From the IMG/VR virus record IMGVR_UViG_3300047157_000005, positions 1 through 53,225 of that record: DNA of 53,225 nucleotides. One strand, 5' to 3'. A program made the translations under genes and the position numbers. A model generated the notes under the pieces. It saw nothing but the letters and a program-made list of their open reading frames with translations. It did no database searches and was not told the origin of the DNA. The stretch is from a virus. Its lineage: Duplodnaviria; Caudoviricetes. Below, piece after piece: positions 29,493 through 38,092 of the stretch. Within the stretch, counting starts at the first letter, position 1. Each line of letters opens with the position of its first letter.

Positions 29493-30002
29493 TTAGATCA
29501 TCTCCAACGCTTGGTGTAATGTTTCTTTGTTGCGGCGCGTCCAACCTCGTCCAAAGGTTTCAAAAGTTTTTAAACTTTTATAGAAGTCTTGTCGAACGCC
29601 GTAAACATAATTTATGATCTCTTCTGGGTCTTTTTCCATGATAAGACCTAGCGTCTGTGGCCCTATGGCTCCGTCTTGTGTAGCACCTACTGCACGTTGC
29701 ACAGCTTTTGCAGGTCTACCACTGCCCGAATTTACAGCCCAATCGAAGCACGCCCAGTCTAAGCCCGATGGAAGCGAATCGCCTTTAACTCGATCCCAGT
29801 AGTTCTTCTTATATATCGGAGCTACATCTTCTGGAGTTAAGTCACGCATTTCTTGTTCAGTTGATTCACTACCAGTCCACTCATCGTACACTTTTTTGGT
29901 AACTCCCAAATTTGTGATACCTCCAGGATCTTCGGGATGATTTACGAATCCTCCTTCGTGAGAAAGAAGCATCTCTAAGCATTTATCAAAGTTCTCTTTC
30001 AT
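29493..30002 (-). CDS. Endolysin, glycoside hydrolase family 108 with peptidoglycan-binding domain
   Basis: HEGGFVNHPEDPGGITNLGVT, FDWAVNSG, DGAIGPQT, FGRGWTRR. Confidence 0.92.
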   Translation of the reverse strand: MKENFDKCLEMLLSHEGGFVNHPEDPGGITNLGVTKKVYDEWTGSESTEQEMRDLTPEDVAPIYKKNYWDRVKGDSLPSGLDWACFDWAVNSGSGRPAKAVQRAVGATQDGAIGPQTLGLIMEKDPEEIINYVYGVRQDFYKSLKTFETFGRGWTRRNKETLHQALEMI

Positions 30003-30358
30003 TTCTTACCTCCAAAATACTTACTAACACCACGCATACCAATTGATGCACTCACGATACCGCCAAGGCTATATTGATACCAACCTGGCATACTAGATAG
30101 AGCGGCAAAACCATCTTGTACAATAGCATTACCCCAATCCCCACAAAACGCCAAAATAAGGGGAATACTGAACAAAAGTGTTATCCACTCGTCTTTCCAG
30201 CTATTCTCTGTGGCTTTCATGGCGGCTAGATCCCAATCAAGCTCACCAGTGGCTATTTTCATTTTAGTTTGGGCTTCAGCTTGCTTTACGGCAGTCTTGC
30301 CCTCGATCATAGTTCCAGCAAGATCCGCGACCTTACCCAGTAATCCTAGTCCTAACAT
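29999..30358 (-). CDS. Putative holin (GTA-type 3TM holin-like)
   Basis: SWKDEW motif and hydrophobic segments; coupled to the endolysin. Confidence 0.65.
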   Translation of the reverse strand: MLGLGLLGKVADLAGTMIEGKTAVKQAEAQTKMKIATGELDWDLAAMKATENSWKDEWITLLFSIPLILAFCGDWGNAIVQDGFAALSSMPGWYQYSLGGIVSASIGMRGVSKYFGGKK

Positions 30359-30696
30359 TATGAATCACCCTTCTTTTTAATATTTGTAAAGCCAAAAAAC
30401 GCCGTAACTATACCGACCACTGCTATGCAGTAGGTAGGGGCGATAGCAGTTAAATTATCCGCCGCAACTTCTTGGCCTAAGACATTACACACAATAATCA
30501 TAACAGGATATAGTAGTAATCCCGCTAAAGAGAACCACACCATCAGTAGCTGTGAGTCCCTTTTTGAGTTCTCATCTTCAATTTGCATTCTCTTGTCATC
30601 GAGTAATAACTTATCCCATTCAGATTGGTCTACTGATCCATTTCCATCTAAATCGGCTTTCTCAAATTCTGTCATTTTAAATCTCCTAGTCAGCAA
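30358..30696 (-). CDS. EF-hand plus two-TM membrane protein (likely start MTEF, ~30675)
   Basis: DLDGNGSVDQSE is a canonical EF-hand loop; two hydrophobic helices follow. Confidence 0.7.
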   Translation of the reverse strand: MLTRRFKMTEFEKADLDGNGSVDQSEWDKLLLDDKRMQIEDENSKRDSQLLMVWFSLAGLLLYPVMIIVCNVLGQEVAADNLTAIAPTYCIAVVGIVTAFFGFTNIKKKGDS

Positions 30697-31195
30697 GAGG
30701 GTTATCTAAAGCCCTCTGCAATTTGCCCATGAGCTTATCTTCAAGTTCTTTCATTGAGCTATCTTGTGAAACCCTAACACGTTCTCTTTGATTTTCAAAG
30801 CGAACTTCTGCGTTGTCTATCATAGTACGAACCTTTTCTTCAGATTCTCGTACCATGTCCTCTATTCTGTCCACTTGAGACTCAAGCCGCAACAGATCAT
30901 CACGCAATCCATTTTTAATGTCACGACTATATTCTACTGACTCTTCTACCTTTTCAGAAATGCCAGTGACCTTTGCATCCATAACATCCATTTGTAATTG
31001 ATATTCCTCTAAGTCTAGACCTGTAACAGCTTCTATCTTTTGCCACATAAGAAATCCTGCGTACAAAGCACCTACAATTGTAGATAAAAATGCAAGTATA
31101 GCCATAATAGAACCAAACGACAGTTTCATACCACCTGTCTTAAACTCACGATCTGCAAGTCCATCAATGTTATCTGCTATCTTGGTAGTGTCCAT
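30686..31195 (-). CDS. N-anchored membrane protein with long coiled coil
   Basis: TM segment IMAILAFLSTIVGALYAGFLMW followed by heptad repeats to ALDNPLAD. Confidence 0.75.
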   Translation of the reverse strand: MDTTKIADNIDGLADREFKTGGMKLSFGSIMAILAFLSTIVGALYAGFLMWQKIEAVTGLDLEEYQLQMDVMDAKVTGISEKVEESVEYSRDIKNGLRDDLLRLESQVDRIEDMVRESEEKVRTMIDNAEVRFENQRERVRVSQDSSMKELEDKLMGKLQRALDNPLAD

Positions 31196-31593
31196 TAGTT
31201 TTCAAACTCCATCTCACCACTTGAGTTTTGTAAGTTCTTTAGTGCTTCTAGCTCATCTCGTAGCTTTTGTATCTCTAGCCTTCGCTGAGTTAGCTCTATT
31301 TGGTAAAGATCATCACAGTTAATACGAGCCTTGGGTTTATCTAAAGGGATAACTATACGTGCATACACACCTATATCTTTACCACGACTGTTTGTGTTTA
31401 ATCCTGACAGTACACCTGTCACGCCATACTCTAAGTTTACACCACCACCTACAGCGTTACTGCATCTCATATTTCCTGTCGAAAAAGAATCCGATTGGTA
31501 GTTCATTGGTGGGCTTGGCAAGGCAAGCGAAAGAGAACTATTATCTGCAAAAGCAGAACTGGCTAATAAACAAAATGTTAAAGCTATTCTCAT
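31195..31593 (-). CDS. Exported protein: Cys-bracketed amphipathic beta strands plus coiled coil
   Basis: Signal peptide MRIALTFCLLASSAFA; strands VNLEYGVTGV and IGVYARIVIPL; RC...NC pair. Confidence 0.7.
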   Translation of the reverse strand: MRIALTFCLLASSAFADNSSLSLALPSPPMNYQSDSFSTGNMRCSNAVGGGVNLEYGVTGVLSGLNTNSRGKDIGVYARIVIPLDKPKARINCDDLYQIELTQRRLEIQKLRDELEALKNLQNSSGEMEFEN

Positions 31594-31976
31594 GTAGGCT
31601 CACCATCTAACCTTGAGCATATTCTAGACGATATCAAAGTTCTAGATGTATTTGTTCTTTTTACTTTTGAAGTAGTGCAGAGATACACAGCCTCATCCAT
31701 GTCAATTTCTCGTATGTATACATCAAAAGATTTATGCTCTTTGTATTCAACCTTTATAATTCTATACGTTGTAGAGAAAGGTATGTTCATCCAATTTAAA
31801 TCAAACAAATCAATCTGGTAATACTTTATCTCTTCTCTAGAATTAAAAAGAGACATCTCCACTTTGACCACGTTTTTAACGTGAGATGTTTTTACTTCAG
31901 GGTACGCAGGCGTCATTTCGTGCGCGGACGCACCAAAAGTAACTAGCATACCTAATGTGATTAACTTACTTAGCAA
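31590..31976 (-). CDS. Exported Ig-like protein, pilus-chaperone-like
   Basis: Likely TTG start at 31976; signal ...MLVTFGASA|HEMTPAYP; all-beta pattern; YLC...RIC pair. Confidence 0.5.
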   Translation of the reverse strand: MLSKLITLGMLVTFGASAHEMTPAYPEVKTSHVKNVVKVEMSLFNSREEIKYYQIDLFDLNWMNIPFSTTYRIIKVEYKEHKSFDVYIREIDMDEAVYLCTTSKVKRTNTSRTLISSRICSRLDGEPT

Positions 31977-32454
31977 TACAGCTTGCCTGCACCACCGCAG
32001 TGTAGGTCCCACCTGGCAATGGTTTAGCTGAACCATAAGTCGCACTTGATGCAGTGCTGAACCATGTGGAGCCTGCCAATGTTAAGTTAAAGTTTGTAGT
32101 ATTACCAACTACTGTCTTAGCGGCTTCGTAAGCTGACATCCCAGAGACAGACGTTTGTGTGACACTTGTACTACCTGTCCACGCTACTGTATCTGTCAGA
32201 GAAGGAGACGAACTAAAAGCTGTTGGGTGTGTTATACTAGCTATATAAGCATCTGCTATTGAAACGTCATACCTAACAATAGGTAGTATGCCACCATCCG
32301 CAGGGGTTGTGCTTAGTTTGCTTGCAATCGGGTTTCCGTATGCACCTGACTTAGTTGTTTGGATAACACATTTAGCTTCTACGCTACCTGTTATTTCAAC
32401 ATTCGCTAGTGCTGGAAATGCACATAGTGAAAGTATTGCTATAGAATATTTCAT
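31966..32454 (-). CDS. Exported fimbrial/pilin-like subunit
   Basis: Signal MKYSIAILSLCAFPALA; mature start NVEITGSVEAKC; C-terminal PGGTYTAVV strand, both typical of chaperone-usher pilin patterns. Confidence 0.55.
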   Translation of the reverse strand: MKYSIAILSLCAFPALANVEITGSVEAKCVIQTTKSGAYGNPIASKLSTTPADGGILPIVRYDVSIADAYIASITHPTAFSSSPSLTDTVAWTGSTSVTQTSVSGMSAYEAAKTVVGNTTNFNLTLAGSTWFSTASSATYGSAKPLPGGTYTAVVQASCIAK

Positions 32455-32462
32455 TTTAGACC

Positions 32463-33335
32463 TCATTGGTTATACTGCATGTCGATCATCTCTTCGTGCA
32501 GAATTTGTTGTGCCAAATTATTACGCAAGCCTTTCTTGTTATCTGATATCTGTGAATCAGCAAGAGTAGGGGCATCATTATAAGCACCACCATTTATAGA
32601 TGCATTGTAATACATATTGATGTTAGTTTGCTGATTAATAGCCATGATAATTTGATCTTGTCCTTGCGTTTTAAATAAGGTCAACGCATTGGCAGATGCT
32701 GTTAGCCCTAATTCAATTCTAGTTTGCTCTTCTTCTTCCTCTTCAGAAAGAATTAGATTACCATCTTCATCATACTCAAAGTCGTTATCGGCGTCTATAG
32801 CACCCATAGCCTCGTCATCTTCTAGTACATCATACACTTCAACTACAGGTATTACTGGTATTGGCTTAACATAATCTGGGCATGATGGATTTAGTTGTGG
32901 ATCAAAGCATTCATCAATTCTGTAGCTATATACCACCAAAGGATCTGTCACACTTCCCTCGCCTTCAACAGTAATTGATCCATCTCCCCACTTAGAAGAG
33001 GCTACGTTAGCTAAAGGAAAAGACTTGACGATTGTATTGCCTGGCACTCCAGACCAATCATCTGTTGCGGAAAACGTATATCCTTCACCTTCCGCATTTA
33101 AGTTACGGATGTGGACTTTCATATCGTCTTCTGGGTTTTTTACTGTGGTGTATTTGTATAATAATCCATTTACATCTAAGCCAGGTATGTCAGGCAGAAC
33201 AGAACTCATACCCCAACTTAGTGCTGTGGATGCGGCATTTCCAGTTGTTCCGTAGCTATACGGATCACAAGAAGAGTAAGAAGGCCAAAGTGCTAATAAT
33301 AACACTAAGACCTGTTTTTGTTTCAATGTTTTCAT
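32463..33335 (-). CDS. Exported protein with beta-rich N-domain, CFDPQLNPSCP motif and acidic tract
   Basis: Basic then hydrophobic N-terminus; overlaps the upstream gene by 71 nt. Confidence 0.65.
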   Translation of the reverse strand: MKTLKQKQVLVLLLALWPSYSSCDPYSYGTTGNAASTALSWGMSSVLPDIPGLDVNGLLYKYTTVKNPEDDMKVHIRNLNAEGEGYTFSATDDWSGVPGNTIVKSFPLANVASSKWGDGSITVEGEGSVTDPLVVYSYRIDECFDPQLNPSCPDYVKPIPVIPVVEVYDVLEDDEAMGAIDADNDFEYDEDGNLILSEEEEEEQTRIELGLTASANALTLFKTQGQDQIIMAINQQTNINMYYNASINGGAYNDAPTLADSQISDNKKGLRNNLAQQILHEEMIDMQYNQ

Positions 33336-33819
33336 TAAAAATCTTTTTCATTGGATTGTTTTGTTCTCGCTCAATAGTCTGCTTAACTGTCTCCATTTCC
33401 CACGCAACTCTGGCCTTATCCCCCACCAACCCCATGTATGGGCAGGGCGTCCCGGCATTGAGCATTGCGTCAAAAACGCGAGAATCCTGGCAAAGGGCCG
33501 AAATCGCGGCCACCTTCATCCCCATATTATAAAGGGCTTTTGCGTTTTTTAGTTTTTCGCAGTTCATGTCTCGCACAGTTCGACCTGCTGAGATACCAAG
33601 TATCTGCGTCTGCACAGCACCTGCAACACCAACAGTACATAAATCAGAGTTACTCGTACTAATTTGTGGAGATATAGCAGAAGGTGGTGGACTGTTTATG
33701 GTAGTTTCCATAGTGCCAGTAGAAGTCACTGTGCTATCCGATTTGATTGTATCGTTATCATTAGCAAAAGCAAAACTACTACTTAATAGAAGTAATGCTA
33801 TTACAAAAAAACGTATCAT
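33265..33819 (-). CDS. Exported Cys-rich protein with C-terminal TM
   Basis: Signal MIRFFVIALLLLSSSFAFA; SPPPSAISP; four Cys; C-terminal LSVIISTLAFLLFL. Confidence 0.7.
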   Translation of the reverse strand: MIRFFVIALLLLSSSFAFANDNDTIKSDSTVTSTGTMETTINSPPPSAISPQISTSNSDLCTVGVAGAVQTQILGISAGRTVRDMNCEKLKNAKALYNMGMKVAAISALCQDSRVFDAMLNAGTPCPYMGLVGDKARVAWEMETVKQTIEREQNNPMKKIFNENIETKTGLSVIISTLAFLLFL

Positions 33820-34046
33820 TTTCTTTCTACCAATCGATCTAGCTTTTCTTCTATACGATCAAACTTACTCATAATTTGACCAAGGACTTGAGACGAGTCA
33901 GCTTTAGTGACATATTCTTTCGCCAACTCTTCTCTTGTTCTGTTCAACAAAATGGTAACGCGCTTCAGTTCTTCATGGTGGGCTTTAATCCACCATATTA
34001 AAAAACCAAATCCTGCGGTTAAACCAATGTTCCAAATAGATTCCAT
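33816..34046 (-). CDS. Small N-anchored membrane protein with coiled coil
   Basis: WNIGLTAGFGFLIWWI...TREELAKEYVTK...RIEEKLDRL. Confidence 0.7.
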   Translation of the reverse strand: MESIWNIGLTAGFGFLIWWIKAHHEELKRVTILLNRTREELAKEYVTKADSSQVLGQIMSKFDRIEEKLDRLVERK

Positions 34047-34061
34047 GTTATGTTGTGTACC

Positions 34062-34250
34062 CTATTCTGGTTTAGTAGGCCATATTACAGAGTATGGGTA
34101 TTCAGATTGGTCTTCAATATCTGCAATAGATTGGCGATAAGCTAACTGCTCGTCAGTCCCTGACCCTTCCCAACTACTTGTTTCAGATAAAATTTTATCT
34201 CTCTTAGCATGGATTAATTCTATTACTTGATTTTCTGCATCGGTATACAT
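34062..34250 (-). CDS. Tail-fibre assembly chaperone-like protein
   Basis: KRDKILSET...AYRQSIADI...YPYSVIWPTKP. Confidence 0.75.
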   Translation of the reverse strand: MYTDAENQVIELIHAKRDKILSETSSWEGSGTDEQLAYRQSIADIEDQSEYPYSVIWPTKPE

Positions 34251-35350
34251 TAGTTTGTACTCTCCCCATCTCTATATGCTACATCAGTTGATGGGAATGC
34301 TTGTCCACTCCCCAAACCCCAAACAACACGAACACATCCTCTTCTAGTGCCTCTTGTGTCGTAATCTGATGAACCACTTGGGCCTAAATCTGTATAACCA
34401 ACCCAATATCCGCCGCCAAAGCAAACCTTAGTGCCATTACTTTCACTTGTAGATGGGAAGTTTGAGGTATTAGTAGAGCCGTTTAATCCCTTAGTGGCAT
34501 TGAAACTGCTACCAGTTTGAGTATCACCAGAACCACCGGCTCCATTTGAACCTTGACCAAAGGGTGCAGTACCACCACCAGTCATACCACCGCCAAAACC
34601 AGAGCCTTGATTGAGATCGATAATATTACCGCCTCCACCTCCGCCACCATTTGATCCAGTAGCACCATTTTGAGTAGCGTTAGGTGGCGCATAAGCCGAC
34701 CCACCTGCACCGCCCGATCCGCCGTATCCTCCAGCACCACCGCCGCCTGATCCTACATAAAAAGTTACATCATTATTAGAGCCTGCATTGTTAAATCCGC
34801 CGTTTCCGCCGTTTCCGCCGCCATCACCACCTGAGTAAGTTCCGCCACTTCTTAAATTGGCGGCATTACCTCTTACATCACAAACACCAGACCTGTAAAA
34901 TCTTGCATAACTATCATTCAGCGTTACTGTAAATGTCTGACCAGCAACAACATCTATGTCGTTTTTATATGCTAAACCACCACCGCCAAATCCGCCGCCT
35001 GGATTCTGATAATAGTATTTTCTGAAAGTGTTAGGGTTAGTGTCGCCATATCCACCTTGGCCTATGCAAACAACTGATATATTTAATACACCAGTAGGTA
35101 CTGTAAACGTGTAACTACTAGAGCCAAAACTAGATTCACTACTAGTTGATGGGTCTTGAACAAATAGGTGTGCGCCTTCTACTTCGTTTCCAGCAGTCGC
35201 ACCATACCATTCATTCATAGCCATTTGTGTGCCAGCACTTTTATCAATCATATCCCGAACATCTGCATCGTTTAAGGAAATCTGACCTGTAACATCTAGT
35301 TCAGTCCTGAAGTCATTTAAAGATAGTTGCCCACTTGTTGGTAACGCCAT
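34250..35350 (-). CDS. Glycine-rich tail fibre / receptor-binding protein
   Basis: MALPTSGQLSLND N-terminus; FTVPTGVLNISVVCIG..G glycine-rich domain. Confidence 0.75.
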   Translation of the reverse strand: MALPTSGQLSLNDFRTELDVTGQISLNDADVRDMIDKSAGTQMAMNEWYGATAGNEVEGAHLFVQDPSTSSESSFGSSSYTFTVPTGVLNISVVCIGQGGYGDTNPNTFRKYYYQNPGGGFGGGGLAYKNDIDVVAGQTFTVTLNDSYARFYRSGVCDVRGNAANLRSGGTYSGGDGGGNGGNGGFNNAGSNNDVTFYVGSGGGGAGGYGGSGGAGGSAYAPPNATQNGATGSNGGGGGGGNIIDLNQGSGFGGGMTGGGTAPFGQGSNGAGGSGDTQTGSSFNATKGLNGSTNTSNFPSTSESNGTKVCFGGGYWVGYTDLGPSGSSDYDTRGTRRGCVRVVWGLGSGQAFPSTDVAYRDGESTN

Positions 35351-35355
35351 CTAAC

Positions 35356-37035
35356 TTACCTCGCTTTTAGCTCTTCGATTTCAGCTTTAAGTTCTTTGAT
35401 TGCTTCAATCATTAATCCATGAAGTTGGTCATACTGCACTGTCTTGTATTCAGTCTTATCATCTTCACCCATCTTTAAAGGCAACGTGCTTTCAGTAATT
35501 GCACTTGGCATTACCTTCTCGACTTCTTGAGCAATAACGCCAGCAGACTTTTTGCCATCAGCTAAGTATTCAAATGTGTAACCATTTAGCTGTGATACTT
35601 TATCCAAGGCATTGTCTATCTTCACGATGTCTTTCTTTAGACGCTCATCAGAGATTGTTGTAGAGTAAGCAATGACGTTGCCTTCGACGTGTAAATCGCC
35701 ACTGTTATATAGGCGCATGTCGGTAGCTCCATCAAGAGCAAAGTCTATCATCGTGCTTTCAACAGAAATAAAATCACTGGTATCACGTCCAATTTTCTCA
35801 ACCTCACCACGACAGTCGCCGCTGTTGATTTGGCCTGTTACTGTGATACCGCTTGATGTTGTTTCAAATTTCTTGGAGTTGTTATGGTATAGCTCTACCC
35901 CACCATCAGCGATAAATTTACCCATATATTCGGAATCTGTTTTTGTAATGCGAACATCAGTACCATTTGTATCAATTCTTAATTCACCAGTGCCGCTATC
36001 TTGCACATAACTATTAGACCCATCATGGTAAATCCGTAAATCATCACTGTTTCCTAACCTTAACTCGTCATTATCTTGCAAGTACACATGGTCTTGAAAA
36101 GATGCACCTTTGTTAAAGAGAGCTTGTCCAGCATCAGACATATCAAGACGAAGGACTTCTCTTTCTACGCCACCATCATTACCTTTAAAAATAATGTCTT
36201 TGTCTTGGATTATAGATTTAAAAACAGCATCTTCACCATTTCTTCTAATACTTGCAAAGTGTAATCCACCATCCTTAAAAATGATATCAGCACCATCCGC
36301 ATCAAGAATAATCTCCCCTGCGGAATCTAGTGTTAAGTCGCCGTTAGGTGCAGATATAATACCATTTACACCAGAGTTACCTATTGATAAATCTCCGTCA
36401 TTTCCAAATATAGCCGCGCCACTATCATTGACGATTAAATTGTTAGTGCCTCCAACAGTAATATTACCACCAGATGTTATAGCACCTGAAAACGTACCAG
36501 TTGTTCCTGATACCGCACTTGAAAACGTACCAGTTGTACCTGATACTGCACCTGAGAATGTACCAGTTGTACCTGATACTGCACCTGCGGATGCTAAAGC
36601 ACCAACACTCAAAGAATCAAAAGCATCTACCATTTTAGCACCAGAGCCTACGCCATCAGAGTAGATTGCTTTAGTTTTACCACTAGCAATCGTAACTGTT
36701 GCACCAGATCCTTGCTTAATAATAATGTTTTGAGATCCACTTGTGGCATTTTCAATAAACCAAAGTTTACTAACAGTATTTGGGCCTATTGTAATTGTAC
36801 AAGCTGAGTCCAACGTACCTGTATACTTTAAGAACATTGAACGACCTGGATCAGTAGCCCCATCTGCTATTGTTGTTGTATGCGTGTCAGCGTTTGTCGT
36901 TATAGCTTCAGTGCCATAAGAAAAAGCCTCTGCAATTAATTCGAGGTTTGTATTCGTTACTGTACCCCATGAGCCTGACTGATCGCCAGTTGCCATCTCA
37001 TTGAGGCGTAAGTCATTTACATAGGTTGAAGCCAT
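35356..37035 (-). CDS. Tail fibre with C-terminal intramolecular chaperone (peptidase S74)
   Basis: SDERLKKDI, GVIAQEVEKVMP, LMIEAIKEL; three 11-aa AVSGTTGTFS repeats at ~36480-36585; fibre DLRIYHDGSNSY motifs. Confidence 0.88.
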   Translation of the reverse strand: MASTYVNDLRLNEMATGDQSGSWGTVTNTNLELIAEAFSYGTEAITTNADTHTTTIADGATDPGRSMFLKYTGTLDSACTITIGPNTVSKLWFIENATSGSQNIIIKQGSGATVTIASGKTKAIYSDGVGSGAKMVDAFDSLSVGALASAGAVSGTTGTFSGAVSGTTGTFSSAVSGTTGTFSGAITSGGNITVGGTNNLIVNDSGAAIFGNDGDLSIGNSGVNGIISAPNGDLTLDSAGEIILDADGADIIFKDGGLHFASIRRNGEDAVFKSIIQDKDIIFKGNDGGVEREVLRLDMSDAGQALFNKGASFQDHVYLQDNDELRLGNSDDLRIYHDGSNSYVQDSGTGELRIDTNGTDVRITKTDSEYMGKFIADGGVELYHNNSKKFETTSSGITVTGQINSGDCRGEVEKIGRDTSDFISVESTMIDFALDGATDMRLYNSGDLHVEGNVIAYSTTISDERLKKDIVKIDNALDKVSQLNGYTFEYLADGKKSAGVIAQEVEKVMPSAITESTLPLKMGEDDKTEYKTVQYDQLHGLMIEAIKELKAEIEELKAR

Positions 37036-37036
37036 A

Positions 37037-37459
37037 CTAGTCTATCCTTATAATTGCGTTGTTAGCTGTCTGAGCAGGGAAAACAACTCTGAATGTACCT
37101 GAAGAAACTGTGAAGTCTCCACCAAAGTCTAATACAGCGATAGCTCTATCTCCGTCTGTATCATTATATATTAACGCACCACGCGCTGTAAAAGTAGCTG
37201 ATGTCCACTCAGGATTATCAGCGTCAAAACATCCGCTTGTTCCGTTTTCAATTACAGATGCGTTTGCCAGTGTTACTCCACCAGTAGCGTATCCGTTACC
37301 ATTAGCAACTTCATTCGATGTTGTGTAAGTATCAGTAGTAGCATCTAAACTTGCACTACTTGTGTAGAGAGCGATCTTTATTGTATCACTGTCTAAGTCA
37401 TGTAACCCAAGCATTACATCTTTTTTAAATTGGGTACACATTGCTTGTGTAATAGCCAT
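37037..37459 (-). CDS. Virion structural protein
   Basis: KIALYTSSA...NEV..GYATGG...ARGALIYN...VLDFGGD motifs typical of a marine phage structural family. Confidence 0.7.
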   Translation of the reverse strand: MAITQAMCTQFKKDVMLGLHDLDSDTIKIALYTSSASLDATTDTYTTSNEVANGNGYATGGVTLANASVIENGTSGCFDADNPEWTSATFTARGALIYNDTDGDRAIAVLDFGGDFTVSSGTFRVVFPAQTANNAIIRID

Positions 37460-38082
37460 TATAAACCTCCGTTATATTCTGCCGCATAATCGCGTTGCAT
37501 CTCTTGTACAAATAATTGTACCGCTTCGTCAAATTGTGTTTTATAAAGCGCCAATGTCTCTCCAGCTTTAAGAAATGCAGATGCTTCATATAGACACGCC
37601 GATAATAACACATTTTCTGCGTTGTCGCCAACCCATGAGTTAGAATTAGTTGAACTTAGCCCAGTTTCTGGTGCAATGAAGTCCACTTGATAAGTATCAG
37701 CCGCATTTGGTGTTGGTGCTATTGTTATTGTAGTACCAGATGTATTTGCTGATTTTGTGCTATAAAACTTTGGTGTGCCTTGCGTAGTTAAATTAGGCCA
37801 ATAGTCTCGTAAATAAGAGTCAACCCTATGATCTAAATACGATAAGATATTTGAGCTAATTACCGATACTTGCCTAATCATGCGTGCAGATGCCACTACA
37901 TAGTCATTTGTACCTGCAACTAAATTAGCACTCGTTGTGTTTCTAAAGCAAGGTAAGTTAGGCAATCTCTGAAAAATCATATCTTCAGCTTGTGCAATAA
38001 TTTCATCAACTGATGCCTGTAGCTCTGTTGAATCGTCTTCTAAAAAGTTTTCTATATTAGCTTTTAATTGCGTATAATTCAC
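37459..38082 (-). CDS. Head-tail adaptor / tubular protein A-like
   Basis: MNYTQLK...QAED.I...GTPKFY...APTP...LLSACLYEA. Confidence 0.65.
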   Translation of the reverse strand: MNYTQLKANIENFLEDDSTELQASVDEIIAQAEDMIFQRLPNLPCFRNTTSANLVAGTNDYVVASARMIRQVSVISSNILSYLDHRVDSYLRDYWPNLTTQGTPKFYSTKSANTSGTTITIAPTPNAADTYQVDFIAPETGLSSTNSNSWVGDNAENVLLSACLYEASAFLKAGETLALYKTQFDEAVQLFVQEMQRDYAAEYNGGL

Positions 38083-38092
38083 TTATTTATCC

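Noticed and set aside
32463-33335. Lipoprotein / o-spanin call from the Cys at the end of the signal
   Set aside because: YSSC is not a canonical lipobox, and the protein is far larger than known o-spanins.
35672-36664. Long plus-strand ORFs opposite the tail fibre, and similar shadow ORFs throughout
   Set aside because: They are antisense to well-supported genes, have Ser/Pro-rich mirror composition and lack an RBS.
34250-37035. Diversity-generating retroelement or invertible fibre cassette
   Set aside because: No reverse transcriptase, invertase or template/variable repeat pair was seen.
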